A stretch of 64,000 bases of DNA from Lytechinus pictus (GCF_037042905.1 NC_087251.1:15130001-15194000), one strand, 5' to 3'. Shown: positions 13,099 through 28,032, counted from the stretch's first letter. Notes: generated by a model from the sequence alone, not told the origin. Made by a program: numbers and translations.

Positions 13099-15873
13099 CT
13101 GTAAAGGCCCTAGAAAACACTGTATGCTTTCCTATATATATGTACATATACCCTTACTTCTCATATAGATATGTATTGTCCCATTTACACAAATTGATGA
13201 TTTGTAGCGATTAATCCAGACCTCATAGTTTGCACTCCAGAGGTAACACTACATGTATCTCTATTTCATAACACTTGTGATGCAAGAAGAACGGTCAAAT
13301 TAATGACAAGTTTGCCTATGTGTATATCAAATCAAGTCTGAGGATATTATAAGCTTTTTAAAAAAAAAGGGATCTATGATTCACATAAAATTTGAATATC
13401 CTTCTAGTCCTGAGCAGGGATTGTTTCTTTCATTAAAATCATTCCTACCTACCACCTGAAATGATCCTTTATTGTCTTAGTTGTTTAGGGCATTCATCGT
13501 AGTTTTACTCATGCACAATATGATTCCAAATAAAACTTGTGAGAAATTGCAACAAATTTATTCTGTCATATTGCAAGCTGTATTTTTCATCACAATTTAG
13601 ATAAGATTAATGAAAATACAGTCATTCTTCATTAATTTGTCAGGATGAACTTTGGACACCCTTTAGTGCTTCTTGAAATTCATTTGTAACATTATGAAAG
13701 CTTTATGAAACTACTCTCAGTTGGATATCTTACGCAAGCAGTGATTCAAGGCAACTTCGACCAAGATATTACAGAATGGATGAAACTCATTGCTCATCAC
13801 CTCCTCACATCAAATTAACTTAAGTCTAAATTTAGTTCTCATTGGGCAAATTTTCCTGGAGCAGATGTATCATTCGGCAGAAAGTATCACGCCATTTTGA
13901 CGCCTTTGGTGAAAATTGAGATTAAATTGAAGACTTTCAAGATATTGAATGATAGAAGTTCTTAAGGGTCTTCGTTGTAAGATTTTGGGGGAAATCCCAT
14001 TGAAACTTGTTGCATGTAGTGCTTCAAATGAATATCAGTGTATTTGTCTGTGTGATCTTCAGGCCAATATTATTGTTCGATTAGCAGCTTAAGGTGGTAT
14101 TTTAAACATTACTAGTGATGCTTACTAGGTCCCTGGATGAAGATAAAGGCCATTCTGGTGTGGCTCCTAGATTTGTAATTTTGTAGTATGTTTGTATTGT
14201 GAGAACTTGTAGTGTGTTTGCTAATTGAATTTGAATCTCATATCTGCATTATCGTCATCATCATTATCATCAATAACTGATATGATTGTAAATTACTTTG
14301 ATTGACATTATTTGACTTGTATGAAGAAGAGAGCCATTTTATTGAATGATTTGAATAGAGTGATCCATTTGTATCTTTTGAAAGTATTATGTTAACATTC
14401 CCATGTATATTATTTTATTTTATTCACTCTACACATTGTTTTGATTTTTTGTATGATGAATAAGCCCAAACCAAAACAAAAACAGATATTAAAACAATAG
14501 AAGAAGATATTTTGACTATGCTTTGAGTCCTTTATCTATAATTTGGCTTTGTGTGTACAATCATTTTAAATCATTTTCTTTCTTCAAATCTAAGAAATGA
14601 TGATTTAAACTCATATCATCATTTGATGAGATAGGCCTGGTGGAGACATCACCTTTCATCTTTTCCAGGGTTCATGAATGTGAAAAACAAATTGATTCCC
14701 ACCCCATCTATAATAATTCAAAGGGATGTGTATATTTATGGTCCTCACTGGTTAGTGAATTACATGTAAACACCAGCCTGATTAATGAAAGCTATTTTTG
14801 CATCCCAGGAGAGCATTGTGCCAGTCAGTGATGAGTGTAGGAATGTAAACAGAGATCATAAATCATCGTCAGAAAGCCATTTTCTAATGAGTATTTGCAG
14901 AGTTCATTTACAAGTCGCTCCCAGTATTTATGGGTATTTAAATAGGCTATTTCTGGAAATGAGATTGTGAAAGAGTAGGAGAATGAGAGAGTGAGAGAGG
15001 TATGAATGGGGGAAATCGGGTTGTGCTTTACTGTAATTTATCAAAAAGTATGTACACTTTCACAAGTAATATATGTCCTTTTAGTATTTGAATAAAATTT
15101 ACAAATGATAAGGTTGCTGGATGCTCACACTCACTTTCTTGTTTTTTCAATCAACATTTTTTAACAAATAAAACTTTACCGCAGCTTGTTTCTAATTCAA
15201 TTTTTCACAGGTGTACACTCCAAGTGATTTAGTCATTCTTGGGTTGTATTAGGCAGAATAGTATGCAGTGGCATGTCTTGAAGTCAGATCTGAAAATTTC
15301 TTGATTGTTATCGCACAATATCTGTGTTTTGGTGTTGGCGTTTTAATTTGATCCATCTTTAGAAAACCGCTAAATACATCTCATGAAATAGCAGGAACAC
15401 ATCAATTACAAAACCACTTATAACTCTTCTGAGGATTTCCCCCATAAGTATTCGTTTAAATGAGAAGGGACAACTGATAAAAGCAGGAATGGTTGATTCC
15501 ATGAGGGATTCAGAATCAACCATTTTTTATTAAGATTATTCCTCCTTTCCTTTCTTCATTGCTGGCATGGAGTTTTATTGCCATTATTCATACCTAATGG
15601 TTATGATGGGTTGTGTAATATATATTTTTTCTACTTTGAATTCTAGTATTAGTTGATGTGTACACTTTTGTGAACAGCAAAAGATAACTACATGACTACG
15701 TGTAGGCCTATGTGTATACATAATATGACAAACCAGGCAAAAAAATAGTTGTTGTTTTGGGGAGGCTTCTTTTCACAATCTACTGCCTAAATCTGTGTGG
15801 TTGGATAAGCTTTAACATTGTAGTGAATGGGAAAATTACAGGGCTCCTTTTCCATTTCCTAGGGCTTTTTTAA

Positions 15874-16448
15874 AGGACAAGTCCACCCCAATAAAAAGTT
15901 GGTTTGAATAATAGGAGAAAAATCCAACAAACACAACACTGAAAATTTCTTCAAAATCGGTTGTAAAATAAGAAAGTTATGACATTTTAATGTTTTGCTT
16001 AATTTCACAAAACAGTTATATGCACACCCTGGTCGGTATGCGCATGAGCAGACAGATGACGTCACCCATGATATATTATATGAAATATGAAAAAATTAAA
16101 TTTTCTCATCATGTGGAACAAAATTTTATTCCTCCCTGAACATGTACAGTTATTTTAACAGTTTGTGGTTAAATTAAGTTGGTCCCAATTGTCAAATCTG
16201 TAAAAATTGAAATATTGTATAATTCAAACAATAAAAAACAAAAGAATAGTGAGTGAGTAACATCATTGACTCTCTCATTTGCACATCAATGAGTTTAGCG
16301 TATAACTGTTTTGTGAAAAATAAGCAAAACTTAAAAATGTCATAACTTTCTTATTTTACATCCGGTTTTGATGGAATTTTCAGTGTTATGTTCGCTTGAT
16401 TATTCTCTGTCTATTCAAATCAACAATTTTCTTGGGTGGACTTGACCA
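15874..16448. mobile_element. Kolobok-like MITE, copy 1
   Basis: TTAA|AGGACAAGTCCACCC ... GGGTGGACTTGACCA|TTAA. ~170-bp imperfect TIRs. Homologous throughout to 49050-49649. Confidence 0.85.
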
Positions 16449-17982
16449 TTAAGCATTTTGGGTGGGGGGAATCACTCCAAGCCCCTGTGTAATTTCTTAC
16501 CTGTGACAAACATGATGACTTGCTTTTAAATAGTTATGAAAATGAAAAAAAAATGCACATGGATGCGGGTCACATTTGTAATAAGTTTCAAAGGTACTTG
16601 GAAAAATGTGCATTCATAAATATTTGTTATTTGCATAAAATCATAAGCCATGTTAAATACATGACTTACAGTGGTAGATCAACAGTATAGAAAGAAACTT
16701 TTTGAACTAAGTCATTTTTATTTTAATTTTTTTAAATTTTATTTAGGTGTTGAAAATGATAATTTGAATGCACTGTAGATAATGAGTGTACCATGAGTTG
16801 AGACTGGCATCCATGTACAAATTCAGTGTGATCTGATTTAGTTTTTCTTTTCAAGGTATTTCTTAAAAGCCCTAACGTAGCAATATACTTATATGGGGAG
16901 GCTTTTAGCAGCGAGAAGAAAGAACAGAATATTCATTGAGCTTTTATCGTTTGGTGATTTAGGGTGCATTTAGGCCTGATAGATGTACATGGTTTTGAAT
17001 GTGATATTGAATGCATTCATCATATCAATAGACAAAGACATGACCAGTACTGACAGTGTTTTACTTTCTCAAATATTTATGCTGGAAATTGCCTGATCTT
17101 GATCAGTTTGTCTTTCAGATGATATAGTAATGGTGTGGCTCTGAAGACCAGCATTGTTTTTTATTTTTTTCTCATGTTTTTCTTTATATGGATATAGTAT
17201 CCATTCATATTAGATTGTTAAAAAATTCTTGAGATCTTTGATTGCATAAAATCAGTATACCTTCAGTAGACAGGTTCAGTGTACATGTTTGCCATGAACA
17301 TGATATTGATTGTTAACTTTGACCGAGGTTAATTTGCGATGTAATTATGCAAACACATGTGCTGTTAAATATATACATATGAATTCTAGATGTAAAAATT
17401 GTAAGTTACATGAATGTACAAGTCCCAGGTTTGAGTTGAAATATGATATTTGAATCACAGTTATGAATGTTAATTCGGATATTAATCACCTGATGAGTTT
17501 GGTGATTAGTTTGGCGAATTGCATTATTGTGATTTTTTTCTTCTTCTTGGCAGTCAGGCAAGTCTGATTTAGGTGAAGAACATAATATACTTATATAATA
17601 CATTTTAAAACATTTTGTTTTGGCTGCTTGGTTGTTTGCTCAAATTATTTGATAAAAAGTTTGCATATTCTTTATCTCATTTTGGTATATACCCCCAGCC
17701 AGAGACTCAGAGTGATAACTAAATGATGAAATAACCATGCCAATTCATGCTGATTAAAACATCTAATGTGAAAATGTTGATGTTCACAGTTCACTAAAAG
17801 AGAGTAACATTCTATGCATCAAATTCAATTTTGACAATCCACCGCACATTTCCATCACATAACTGAAGGTTGTTCATTTCCTGTATTGGTATTTATATTT
17901 CATAGGTAGAAATTTCAAAGAAAGTTAAATAATTTCTTATCAATGAGCCATCTTTCCTCTCTTTGATATATTTTTTTTGCAG

Positions 17983-18090
17983 GGTGATCAACTAAACCTG
18001 GTATGTTCCTCTCAATCACTGGGTCATGTTCACCTTGGAGCAGAAGGATTTGGCAATCGAAACTGTATACTAGAAGAGGCTTCCATTCAG
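17983..18090 (+). CDS. RyR: Ryanodine receptor, coding exon equivalent to RyR exon 2 (GDQLNLVCSSQSLGHVHLGAEGFGNRNCILEEASIQ)
   Basis: Polypyrimidine tract and cag acceptor, gtaggt donor; 108 nt, phase 0-0. AEGFGNR motif of the RyR N-terminus. Not in the ORF track. Confidence 0.93.
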
Positions 18091-18189
18091 GTAGGTTTGT
18101 CATTGATAATTCTAAGGGTGTAGTCACGAAGAGTCTAGTTAATAATGATTTCCTCCTTTCTTATTGTGCTTAATAGATTACAACAATGG

Positions 18190-18405
18190 TATATTGATAT
18201 CCTGGCTGTAGCTGAGCGCCCATGTAGACGCTAAAGCATTAAAGGAAAAAAAATTTACTGGGTATCCTTTCACCTCACCTTGGTTGAGTGCAGCACAGTG
18301 TGGATAGATAGGTGTGTAGCAAAATATGCTTTGGTTGGGATCTGAAATTACGACCCTTTCTTTCAAAGTCTGGAGATTAAAATCCACTGGGCCACAACAT
18401 TCCAC
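18190..18405 (-). mobile_element. Degenerate tRNA-derived SINE (related to 44802-45070)
   Basis: The reverse complement reads gttgtggcccagtggat...ctccagactttgaa...caaccaaggtgaggtgaaaggatacccagta, colinear with the + strand SINE. Confidence 0.7.
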
Positions 18406-18425
18406 GTATCATGGTAGCACACCAG

Positions 18426-18548
18426 GGGCCTGTTTCATAAAGAGTTACCACTGTTAACCTTAATTTTGATTGGCTGCTGAGCCCTGCCACCATGGTAGTT
18501 AGCATGATGGCAAAGTTACCATAGTTGTAACTCTTTATGAAACTGACC
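18426..18548. mobile_element. Short PIF/Harbinger-like MITE (related to 1712-1847, opposite orientation)
   Basis: cag|gggcctgtttcataaagagttac ... gtaactctttatgaaac. Internal tttgattggctgctgag / catggtagtt shared with the reverse complement of 1712-1847. Confidence 0.65.
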
Positions 18549-20189
18549 AAGATTAGAAAATACCAATTATTTTGTGATTATTAGGTGAGTGTGAAGGCAC
18601 CTATATTTGGCTCGAGCCTTTCTTGCTCTGAGAAGGGAATGTACATTTATATTGTCTACCTCCAGGCATTGATGGAAATGAAACAGTGTTTTATCATCAC
18701 CTATACCACTTCAGAGTAATTGGAAAGTGGAAGGTGTTTAGTTTACCCTTAATCTAGCTTTGTACCCTGCAGACTGCATCAAATTAAATTGGATGGGAAC
18801 CACTTTGACCCCTCCCCTGAGGGAAGGGGGAAATGAAGGGATAGGAGGGAGGGGAAAGGGGTGAAGCTACAGTGTTTGAGAAAATGTTTGACTCTATTGC
18901 ATTTCCATGCAATACTTAAATAAGGATGATGATAATGATCATGGTGATGATGAAAATGGTAATTAATGACTATGATGGTGACAATAATGATAGAGAGATA
19001 GAGAGAGTATGCCAGGCTGGGCTATGCAAACTTTGGGAGAACCATCAACCATAGGCTTAGGGTTGGGTGGATGGGAGAGATTAGAGTGGAAGGTGAGGGG
19101 GGTGGAGTTTATCAACTCTCATTTTCTTTGGTTAGGGTTGGAATTACACAGTATAGATTCACATTAAGGAAAGTAAAAAAAGTTGAATTGTTATGATGAA
19201 GTAGTCAAAATGCCATTCTGCTGAATATTGTTAATTATCTTTGAGTGTTTTCACATTCTTGTTGTTCTAACCAAAATGTTGTAAATATTTTTTGGCAATG
19301 TCAAATTTGAAATATATGAAATTATATTTGAAATTATATGATATCTACTGCTGATGTAAAACTATTATTTTCGTGCAAAAGTTCATTTCCTTAATAGAAT
19401 TACTAGAAATAAGTCAACATGCTGCAGAATGTATAAGGAGACTAAACAAATACATCATGAAGAACAGGAAAAATTAGAATTGATCATGATGCTTGAAATC
19501 CAGGTCTGATGTGAATCTGACATGTTTTGGTATACCACTCAAAATGATCTAGAATTTTGTAGATTTTGTTTTGTACTATTTAGGAAATCTTTTTTTTTAC
19601 ATCATAATGGTTATTGTCAAATAGTAGTATGTGTTTTAAGCAGATCATTAATTTGTGTTTTATAAGATCTACTGCAATCTACTGCAGATGTGAAACCATT
19701 ATTCTTTCCCTATGGAAGTAAATTTCTACATTGCATGGTTTCTTAGGGGAAGGGAAGGATAGCAAACTCTTTCAAAGAAAAAAAAAGACAGGAAAGAGAA
19801 GATACATCAAAAGGAGAAAAACATAAAAGTAGACCATGATACTTGAAATCTAGGTCTGATGTGAAAGTACTATCATGCCCCAGAAAATATGTTCATGTAA
19901 TATATCATGCTGTAAGTGGCTTGGTCCCCATATTGCACATACATGGTATCAGAATGTCGCACATTATTGATTTATACTATGAAATATGATATTGCGTTAT
20001 ATTGTTGTGTCTTTGCATCATATATGGATGTACACTGTTAAAGTTCATCTTGCAATGTTACCATAAGAGTTTGAGAATTACAATATTTGACAATAATGTG
20101 ATTTGCTGTTCGGTCTAAGCCCACCTAGTAAGATGTCCATGTTGTTCAGAGATATTAAATGGTTCTTATCCTACTAACACTGAAAGATG

Positions 20190-20570
20190 ACAGTTTGGTA
20201 TAATCCCACCTTAGATGCCGGTTTGGTCTATTCATTTACGATTCCCATTTTATCTAATTCCAATTTTGCCAGTTTGGTCTAATTCCAATTGCAAGATCCC
20301 TATTTGGTGTAATCATACCATGTAAGATACACATTTGGTCTAATCCCCCATTCTTTGATGTTTATTGGTCCGATCCCAACTTGTAAGATCCCTATTTGGT
20401 CTAATCTCCTCTTCTTAGATGTCTATTTGGTCTAATTATCCAACCTTGTAAGATGCTTGTTTGGTCTGGTAATTGTATTTGCTTGTTCAATCTCACCTCA
20501 AATCTGTCTGTTTTACTGCTGAAGATTATTTCACCCCCAACTAAAGTTTGCATTTGGTCTTACTGCCTAT
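20190..20570. repeat. Degenerate tandem array of tttggtctaatcc-type units (~20-35 bp)
   Basis: About ten recurrences of tttggtcta/tttggtgta with ccaa/ccca spacers; resembles a decayed foldback arm. Confidence 0.6.
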
Positions 20571-21197
20571 TTTACAAAGTCATCTCATTTCCAATGCAGG
20601 GCAATTCCATAAAATATGTCCGTCCGACCCCCTATATGTGAGACCTTCATGAAATTTTCTGTCTCTGATTTCTTGTTTTTTGACAGTCTGTATTCTGTAA
20701 TGTTCTCAAAGGACCATGAATTGGTCAGTTTATGAAGTGAAGTAAGACCTGAGAAAAATGGGAATCAGACGTACAGAAAGGTTGATTATTTTGTGAAATT
20801 GCCCTGCAGGCTTTGCAGTTTTATCTATGTTAATTCGGTATAAGATATCTTCGTGACAAATTATTAATACACCAAGGGACACATCACAAAGAGATATGAT
20901 TGATATTTACAATTGATTGTTTGAAAAATGTACTTGATTCACCATAGACTTACAGTTGTGCTTAATTGAACAATTGATTACATCTTTTAATGTAACCGGG
21001 CACAGATAGGCAAATGTAAACTAAAGAAACTAATTTGATGCTTTGATTGTCAGATACATAGTCCTTGCCCTGAAATATCTTAATTCAAGTCTGGGAGGGC
21101 ATGAGGGGGGATGTTTAACATACAGTTCAGTGTCAATGAGAGTCATGAGCCAACATACACATGTTATTCAATAGGTTATTTGATTGATGGATACCTG

Positions 21198-21410
21198 GGG
21201 GTGTTTCACAAAGATTTAAGTATGACTTAAGTCGCAATTAAATGCAGACGCATACATGATACGCAACACGCGATCTTATTGATAGATACGCAGTAGTGCG
21301 CGTCCTCATGATACGATCTGACCAATGCAGCCAAGCCTTTCATACCATATGCAACTCGATATTTAAGAGCGACTCTAAGTCATACTTGAATCTTTGTGAA
21401 ACACCCCCCC
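21198..21410. mobile_element. PIF/Harbinger-like MITE with CTG target duplication
   Basis: CTG|GGGGTGTTTCACAAAGATT...AATCTTTGTGAAACACCCC|CTG. Homologous to 11088-11262. Confidence 0.8.
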
Positions 21411-24400
21411 CTGGTAGTGCAAGTCCTGTTAGCATGATATTACCAATGAAGTGATGTGTTATCTACATCATCATTCATGCAATTAAAATTTAAATGCGAC
21501 TTTAAGTCAAACTTTACTCTTTGTGAACCCCCCCTGGTTTTGAATATATCCAATGTGAATGATGTAATGAACCTTGAAAATGATATTCTGAACAGGATTT
21601 AACTATACTGGTTGAAAGATTTGTTTATTGTTCTCTTGTTTCCTGTTTCCCATTAACACCAGCTAATAAAAATATTGGTTTTGAATCCAAATTTATACAT
21701 ATGCAAGATCATAATTCAAATGAAAGAGAACACAAAATTGTAAACTGGAGTTACCTGTGGATTGCAAAGCGTGAGTATTTTTCTTACCTGCATTCATTGA
21801 AGTGGTTAATCGCATAGATTAGTTTAGGCTTCACTGCGCAGCTGGTATCAAATTTGTCAGACAAAATCGGAAGGCCATTTCCTCCGTTTCTCCAGTCATT
21901 ATTCAATTGCTTATTCCTCAGGCATGTATAGTTTCTGCCGTGTCTCTCAATCTATATGCTTATGTTGCTTTTGCCCCCTATTTCTTGTTTCTCTATCTCT
22001 GTTCCTCTATATTTATCCCACCCTTTTCCCCCTCCCCCTTTCTCTCCCCCTATTTTATCTTGTCTTTCCACCCCACTTCTTTTATAACCCATGGTATTTA
22101 TCTTGTCTTTAGTATTTTTTTTCATATTTATAATATCTTTTGTTTTCTCTTTTATTTCACTTCAGTTTTTTGTTTCCTTTTCTTGTACATTCATTATTCT
22201 TTTATCTTTCTTTTTATCTTTCCATTCCTTTTTTTATTTGTCTTTATGTAGGAATTTTTCTATTCATCTACATGTATCTATTTAACTATCTATCTATCTA
22301 TCTATCTGTCTAACTGACTATCTATCTACATCCATCCATCCATCATTCCATCCATCTATCCATCTATCCTAGATTCATATTCTTTGTATTTACCTCCTTT
22401 ATATTAAATGAATTCTTACCCCTCAAGCTCTTCCATCTTCCTCTTTCACTCACTCTCTCGGACTCACTGTCTATCTCAGTTTGTTTCCCTTCTATCCTGA
22501 GAAGACCTTTCTAATGCCTCCGCCCCAGCAGGGGATTTGTGCGAAGCCAATCGTGAAATAACTGTGAGAGCCTGTTCGAGCTCAGCGCATCCCGATAATG
22601 ATGATGTATTCCCATGGCAACTCCCTATCAACTGTCGGCCATGGTCTCTCCCTCTAATGTATTCATGCATGTATATCACAAGAAGTGTGATATTACGGTT
22701 AATGAGACTTGAGCTGTTAGATGTTTAGCTTGAGACTACAAGGCAATGTCCTACTTCGTGAATGAAGTTCAATGCGTCCAACAGCTTTTTTATATTCAGT
22801 CATGTTTGTGACTTGATTTTCAAGCCTTCAGACTGTTTTTAATTACCATTGTATTTTTTCCCAAGCTGACCCAAAAGCTGAATTTAATGAAAATTGCTAA
22901 TTCAAAATCAGTTGTCCTTTTATATATGGATAATTTATTCATGGTAGATAAGAAGATGTTATTTCTCCTCTCACACAAAAATACACACCCACCAAGTTAT
23001 ACATACATTTATGTTTTATAAAGTCTCTGTATTCAAAATTCAAACCTTTGTTTTGTGATGTTGGATAGCATCTATGATCTATCTAGTTTTGTCTCAGGCC
23101 GTAATATGACAGATTAAAATAGTGTATAATTTATATCAACTATAAAGTCTCTTGCTAATCCTGTACAAAAATACTAATTGACTAAGTAACTGAAATTAAC
23201 AAGAACATAATTGTGAAATGTTTGTGGCTCTGTATCCAACACTCTGTAATTTGTAGACTGAATGCACTGTGTCTGCATGGTCTCAGTTCTAAAAGTTTTT
23301 AAAGTTAGTCACTCTTCAAAGGATCTTAAAAGAAAAGACTGCATCTCTTAAAAATATAAAATGGTGAAACATGTAATGTGGAACACATTGAGAATTCAGG
23401 AATAACTCGCTCTTGGACCCCCATTGAGTGTTGTACTTCACTTGCACATGGGATATTTGAAATTCTTTTTTATGAAGGGTAGTTATATATTTTGGTGCTT
23501 GAATGAATAAGTCCTTTCATAAATTATTTTCAGCAATAGCAGACTGATGTCAACCCTTCTCGACCTTCTTCAGTTTGAAGGATAGAGAATAAAGTATGTG
23601 TGGAATGAAGATGCATGCTGGTTATTGTGGAGAACATGCAATCTCATTTTCAAGGATGCTTCACAATATTGATGGCTCTTCATCATCAGCCCAAAATATG
23701 AAGATGCAGCTTTCTTCCATAGAAAGTTGTTAACTCCATTCATACTGATGTCCAAGAGAAGGGGAAGTGAGCTTGAGACCTTATGTTGAAATCCATCAAA
23801 AAAAAAAAAAAAAAACCCAGATCTATGATCTTGAGCCATATAGTTCCGATCAGTCTAGTCTGCTGAACCAGAAAGTGGCAAGATAATTGAGAAAATGTGG
23901 CTGATGATGGCAAGCCAGACTGTGTTTCATTATAGAAATTATGTGTGCATCATGTTTCATTTTGTAGAGACTGAATTTATCTGGATGTTTTCACATCTTT
24001 CATCTTTATTTTACTTTCCACTTGAACTGTGAAGCATCTTTTGGGCGGTTATTTTAGTGTTCTGGGTTATTTTTTGATAAATTGTAAGTCTTGATTGTAC
24101 TTGGATTCCAAATGTGGAGTAACAGTAGCCTGAAACACTAAAATAACCCCGAAAAAAATTGTTTCACAGATCTGGGTTATTTTTGGATAAACTGCCCATA
24201 AGTCTTGATGGTACTTGGATTCCAAATGTGGAGTAACAGTAGCCTGAAATGCAATAACTAGTAATTGTTCATTTTTGTGGCTTGAGTTTCTGTTTATGGC
24301 AATACATATTATGTTCCAATAGTGACATGCATGTGATATTGTACAAAACTTGACCTTTATATAATAATAATAATAGTGTATATTTGTAGAGCGTGCACAC

Positions 24401-27400
24401 CGTCAGTAGACGCTCATGGCGCTAAAGTTGACTCTTTTGCTGAGAGAATGTTCAAGAAACCTGGACATTCATTTGTCATTCGAGGGTTATTTTTTTCCAT
24501 GAAAATTGTATAGGCCAAGTGGCCTATATGTTCCTATATTTCTCTACCATATCATTCATCCTGTTAATTCTGATATGACTTCCTCATGAATGAATATGTG
24601 TTCATATTTAAAAGAGATCATCATTTCTTTTTCTTTGTGCACCATATTGCAATAATATACTGTATTTCAACTAAAGCATGTATTGTTGTATCTCCATCAA
24701 AGAAAGTGGAAATGTATTATGCCACTATTTACTTCCAATTCCTGCTAAAAAAGATGTTGATTTTTTTTGTAGGTCTATACCTCCCTTGTATATTACGTAA
24801 GCAATAAGTGTATGTAACGAACCTGTACTTACTTTGTTATATGCATTACTATGTGTAAACACAAAAAGTATGAATGTATCCTTATTGATCTATATAATAT
24901 GTTTTATTGGAAAGTATCAATAAAATACTATTGAAATATTAAAAAAATGTATTACTTCTTTTAAAAGATGAAGAGTCCTCCATTTTGATGAGATACGGAT
25001 AGGCTTATTGCCATTGCAGATGCATCAACCTTTTGTTTGATGATGGAATACATCATGTTTTGTATATGGAGAAGTCTTTATCTTATCATATCTGTCCTCG
25101 CTTCATATGTGCTTGTCAATCTATATGCACTGACCAAGGTCATGAGCCAAGTGATGCAAAGTTCACCTTGTACCCCATTCAGACTTGAAAACTAAAAGTG
25201 TTTGTCTTCTAAATTAAAGTTGCTTTTTTCACCTTTTTCAAAGATGTATTTATATTATAACGTCTACAAAAGGTTTATAAAATGTCAAGAAATAGGTATA
25301 CAACTGTCGAAGGGAGAGATTCCGAGAAAAAGACAATGAGAAAGAGGGGGAGAAAAGAGTGAGAGATAGTGAGGGAGGGAAGTGGGGAGAAATGGAGAGA
25401 GGAAGAAAGACAGTCAGAAAGAAATAGAGAGAGAGAGAAACAGAGTGGAGTTAGCAAGAATATCCCCTTGTCTATATTAGGAGATGAGGTATCAGCATCG
25501 AGGTATTATTTTAACATCAGTGACCAAGCTGGCTGGTTGCTGAAGCAGTCTCCAACCTCGTCAGAGCTCTTTCAAACGCTTTCACCTCAGCAACGACCTT
25601 TAGTGTATGGGCTCTTTTATGCAGCAGATGCAATCCATAAGTGTACTTGAGATTGAGGATTGAAAGAGAGAGAGAGAGAGATGGTGACGGAGGGATGGAG
25701 TAAGAGAGAGTCTGTAAAGGTCTATTAAAGCAGGAAGGTCCTTGGTACCGAGGTGCAGACTAAAATCTATCTTTCAAGTTTAAAAAAATCTTTGATCCTT
25801 GCATCTTGTGATGAGCTGCTGTAATGGCATAATAGTTACCAAGTTCATACACTGTTCCACATAATATTTGTTACTTGCAAGGGCCTGTGCCTGTTTGTGT
25901 GACAGTTATGTTGGTGTGTTGGTGCGGTAGTAGTCATCATGTCCTTGTTCCAATTTAAGATGTCACTTTGACTTATGAGTGACTGTGCTGATCCATCCTT
26001 GGGTGCTTTATCTTGTTGATGAAGAATTAGCTAAGAATTTCACTTTGGGTTGTGTGCATTATGGATTGTGAGGGGTAAGCATGAGAATTGTTTCTGGGAA
26101 ATAATGAAAAGAAATACTTAAAATTGCCATTTATGGACGTGAACTGATTTGAGTCATTGTTTGTTGGTATATACCAAAGCATTTTTAAAAAATATATTTT
26201 ACAATTTTTTTTTCTTCCAAGCAAACATTCATACAAAAACTCTAAAGAAATATGACTTTTTTACCATCAAGATAATGTGTTAGCATCTTTGTGACAGACA
26301 GAAACAGTTCAATGGTTTACAGGATATTATGCTTTTACTTCAGTTTGTTGAAGTAGGGTTGCTTACGTAATTTGGTCTTTCGTATTACCTAGATTAAAGA
26401 CATGAGCACATATGTAAAAAAAATATAATTCCTTTAAAAAATAAATAAGTATATAAACAAAAAAATGTACATGTGTTTCCTATTTCAACTTCATTTGTGC
26501 TCCTCAGAGATGATTTTTTTCAATGCCCTGTATTTAGGCTGAAGCAATGTTTTGGCAAGGAATAACTGTTTCAGTTGACTTTCATCATACTAGATGTAAA
26601 TATGCATTTTCTGATTAGAGAGCAGTGTTCAGACTTTAGTATTACATGGGGATCAAATTTCATTTGTGTTCCAAAGAGATGAATTTTACAAGGTACCATA
26701 TCCGCAGATGAATTTTGCAAGCCAACATACTACCTTCAGGGGGAGGGGCTTTGGTGATCTTTTTGTTGAGGGGGTTAGGGGTAATTTTGTAAAACTTTTT
26801 TCCCAATTGCTCTTTGAAAGTATAATTAGCAGCCTTTTTTGTACCATAATTTTTAAGGATTTGTGTGTGTGTTTGTGTGAGTTATTGGGTGTGGGGGGAT
26901 AGTAACTCTCACCACCCCTGCATATGCATATGACATTGAATTCGGCATGGCATGACCATACAAGATGATAATATCATGTCCTCCATGCATCTTTAATGAT
27001 TCCAAAGTGATCTAAACGTCAGGAGATAGTTGCTAGGCTTCGGCAAAACATGTCAAAGCGAACGCATGTATCATACATGTTACAAGCATGATAGAGTATA
27101 AACTGATTACGTAATGTCTTATTTATCTATCAAAATAGTAATCTCCATCTGAGTAATGTCCATGTTGCTAAATAGTTTACTTGCACTGATTCCAATAAAT
27201 GACTGTTCTTGTTTAATCCTTTACTTAACAAGAGAGTAAGTGTGGGTTTTCAAAATTTTTAGAGAAAATGTAGAGCTGAGTCCAAGTGACCTCAACAATA
27301 ATTTGGGGAGGAAAAATACACAATAATTGATACAAACAAGAATTGTTCTAATACTTCAGTGTGGAATAAAAATAAATTGAATGCAAGGCAGGATATTTGA

Positions 27401-27859
27401 TTTCAAAACGATAATCTGATATTGATAAAGACAGTCACCAAATTCTATCAAATTTCATCCAAATATTTTAAAGAAAGCATCTATAGGTATATAGACAGTA
27501 ACAAATACATTAAGAGTTAGGGAGAAGCATAGAAATAAAAATAAAAGAATATAAGAATAAGAGAATAATGATTGGGCAGACTTTCCTATGATAAATAGTG
27601 TTAAAATAATTGTTTAACCTTCTTTTTACTTTCTTTATACATATACTCAATTTACTTGATAATGTATTTTGTATTATTTTTTTTCAAATACATATAGACC
27701 TATGCCAGTTTTTATAGATGCTAATAAGTATTAATTTCTATTATTGTTGTTATTGTAGATATTATTGATACACTGTAATGAAGGACAAGTATGCATAGAG
27801 AGATACATGGGGGTGGGGGTCTTATCTACTGAAGATGTGTAAATACTATTTCACATCTG

Positions 27860-28030
27860 GGGGTCGTTTCATATAGCTGTTTTCGTAAGTTAAGAGCGAC
27901 TTTAAGAATGACTGGTGAACCTTTCTTATGCGCTAAATAATCACCATTGAACATCACTTACCACAAGAAAGGATCATTAGTTGTTCTTAAAGTCACTCTA
28001 AACTTACAAACAGTTTTATGAAACACCTAC
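27860..28030. mobile_element. PIF/Harbinger-like MITE with CTG flanks
   Basis: CTG|GGGGTCGTTTCATA ... TATGAAACACCTAC|CTG. Palindromic arms. Confidence 0.7.
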
Positions 28031-28032
28031 CT

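Noticed and set aside
19340..19870. Old degenerate tandem duplications (~340 bp here; ~170 bp at 42000-42360)
   Set aside because: Real but heavily decayed and ordinary; no sign of function.
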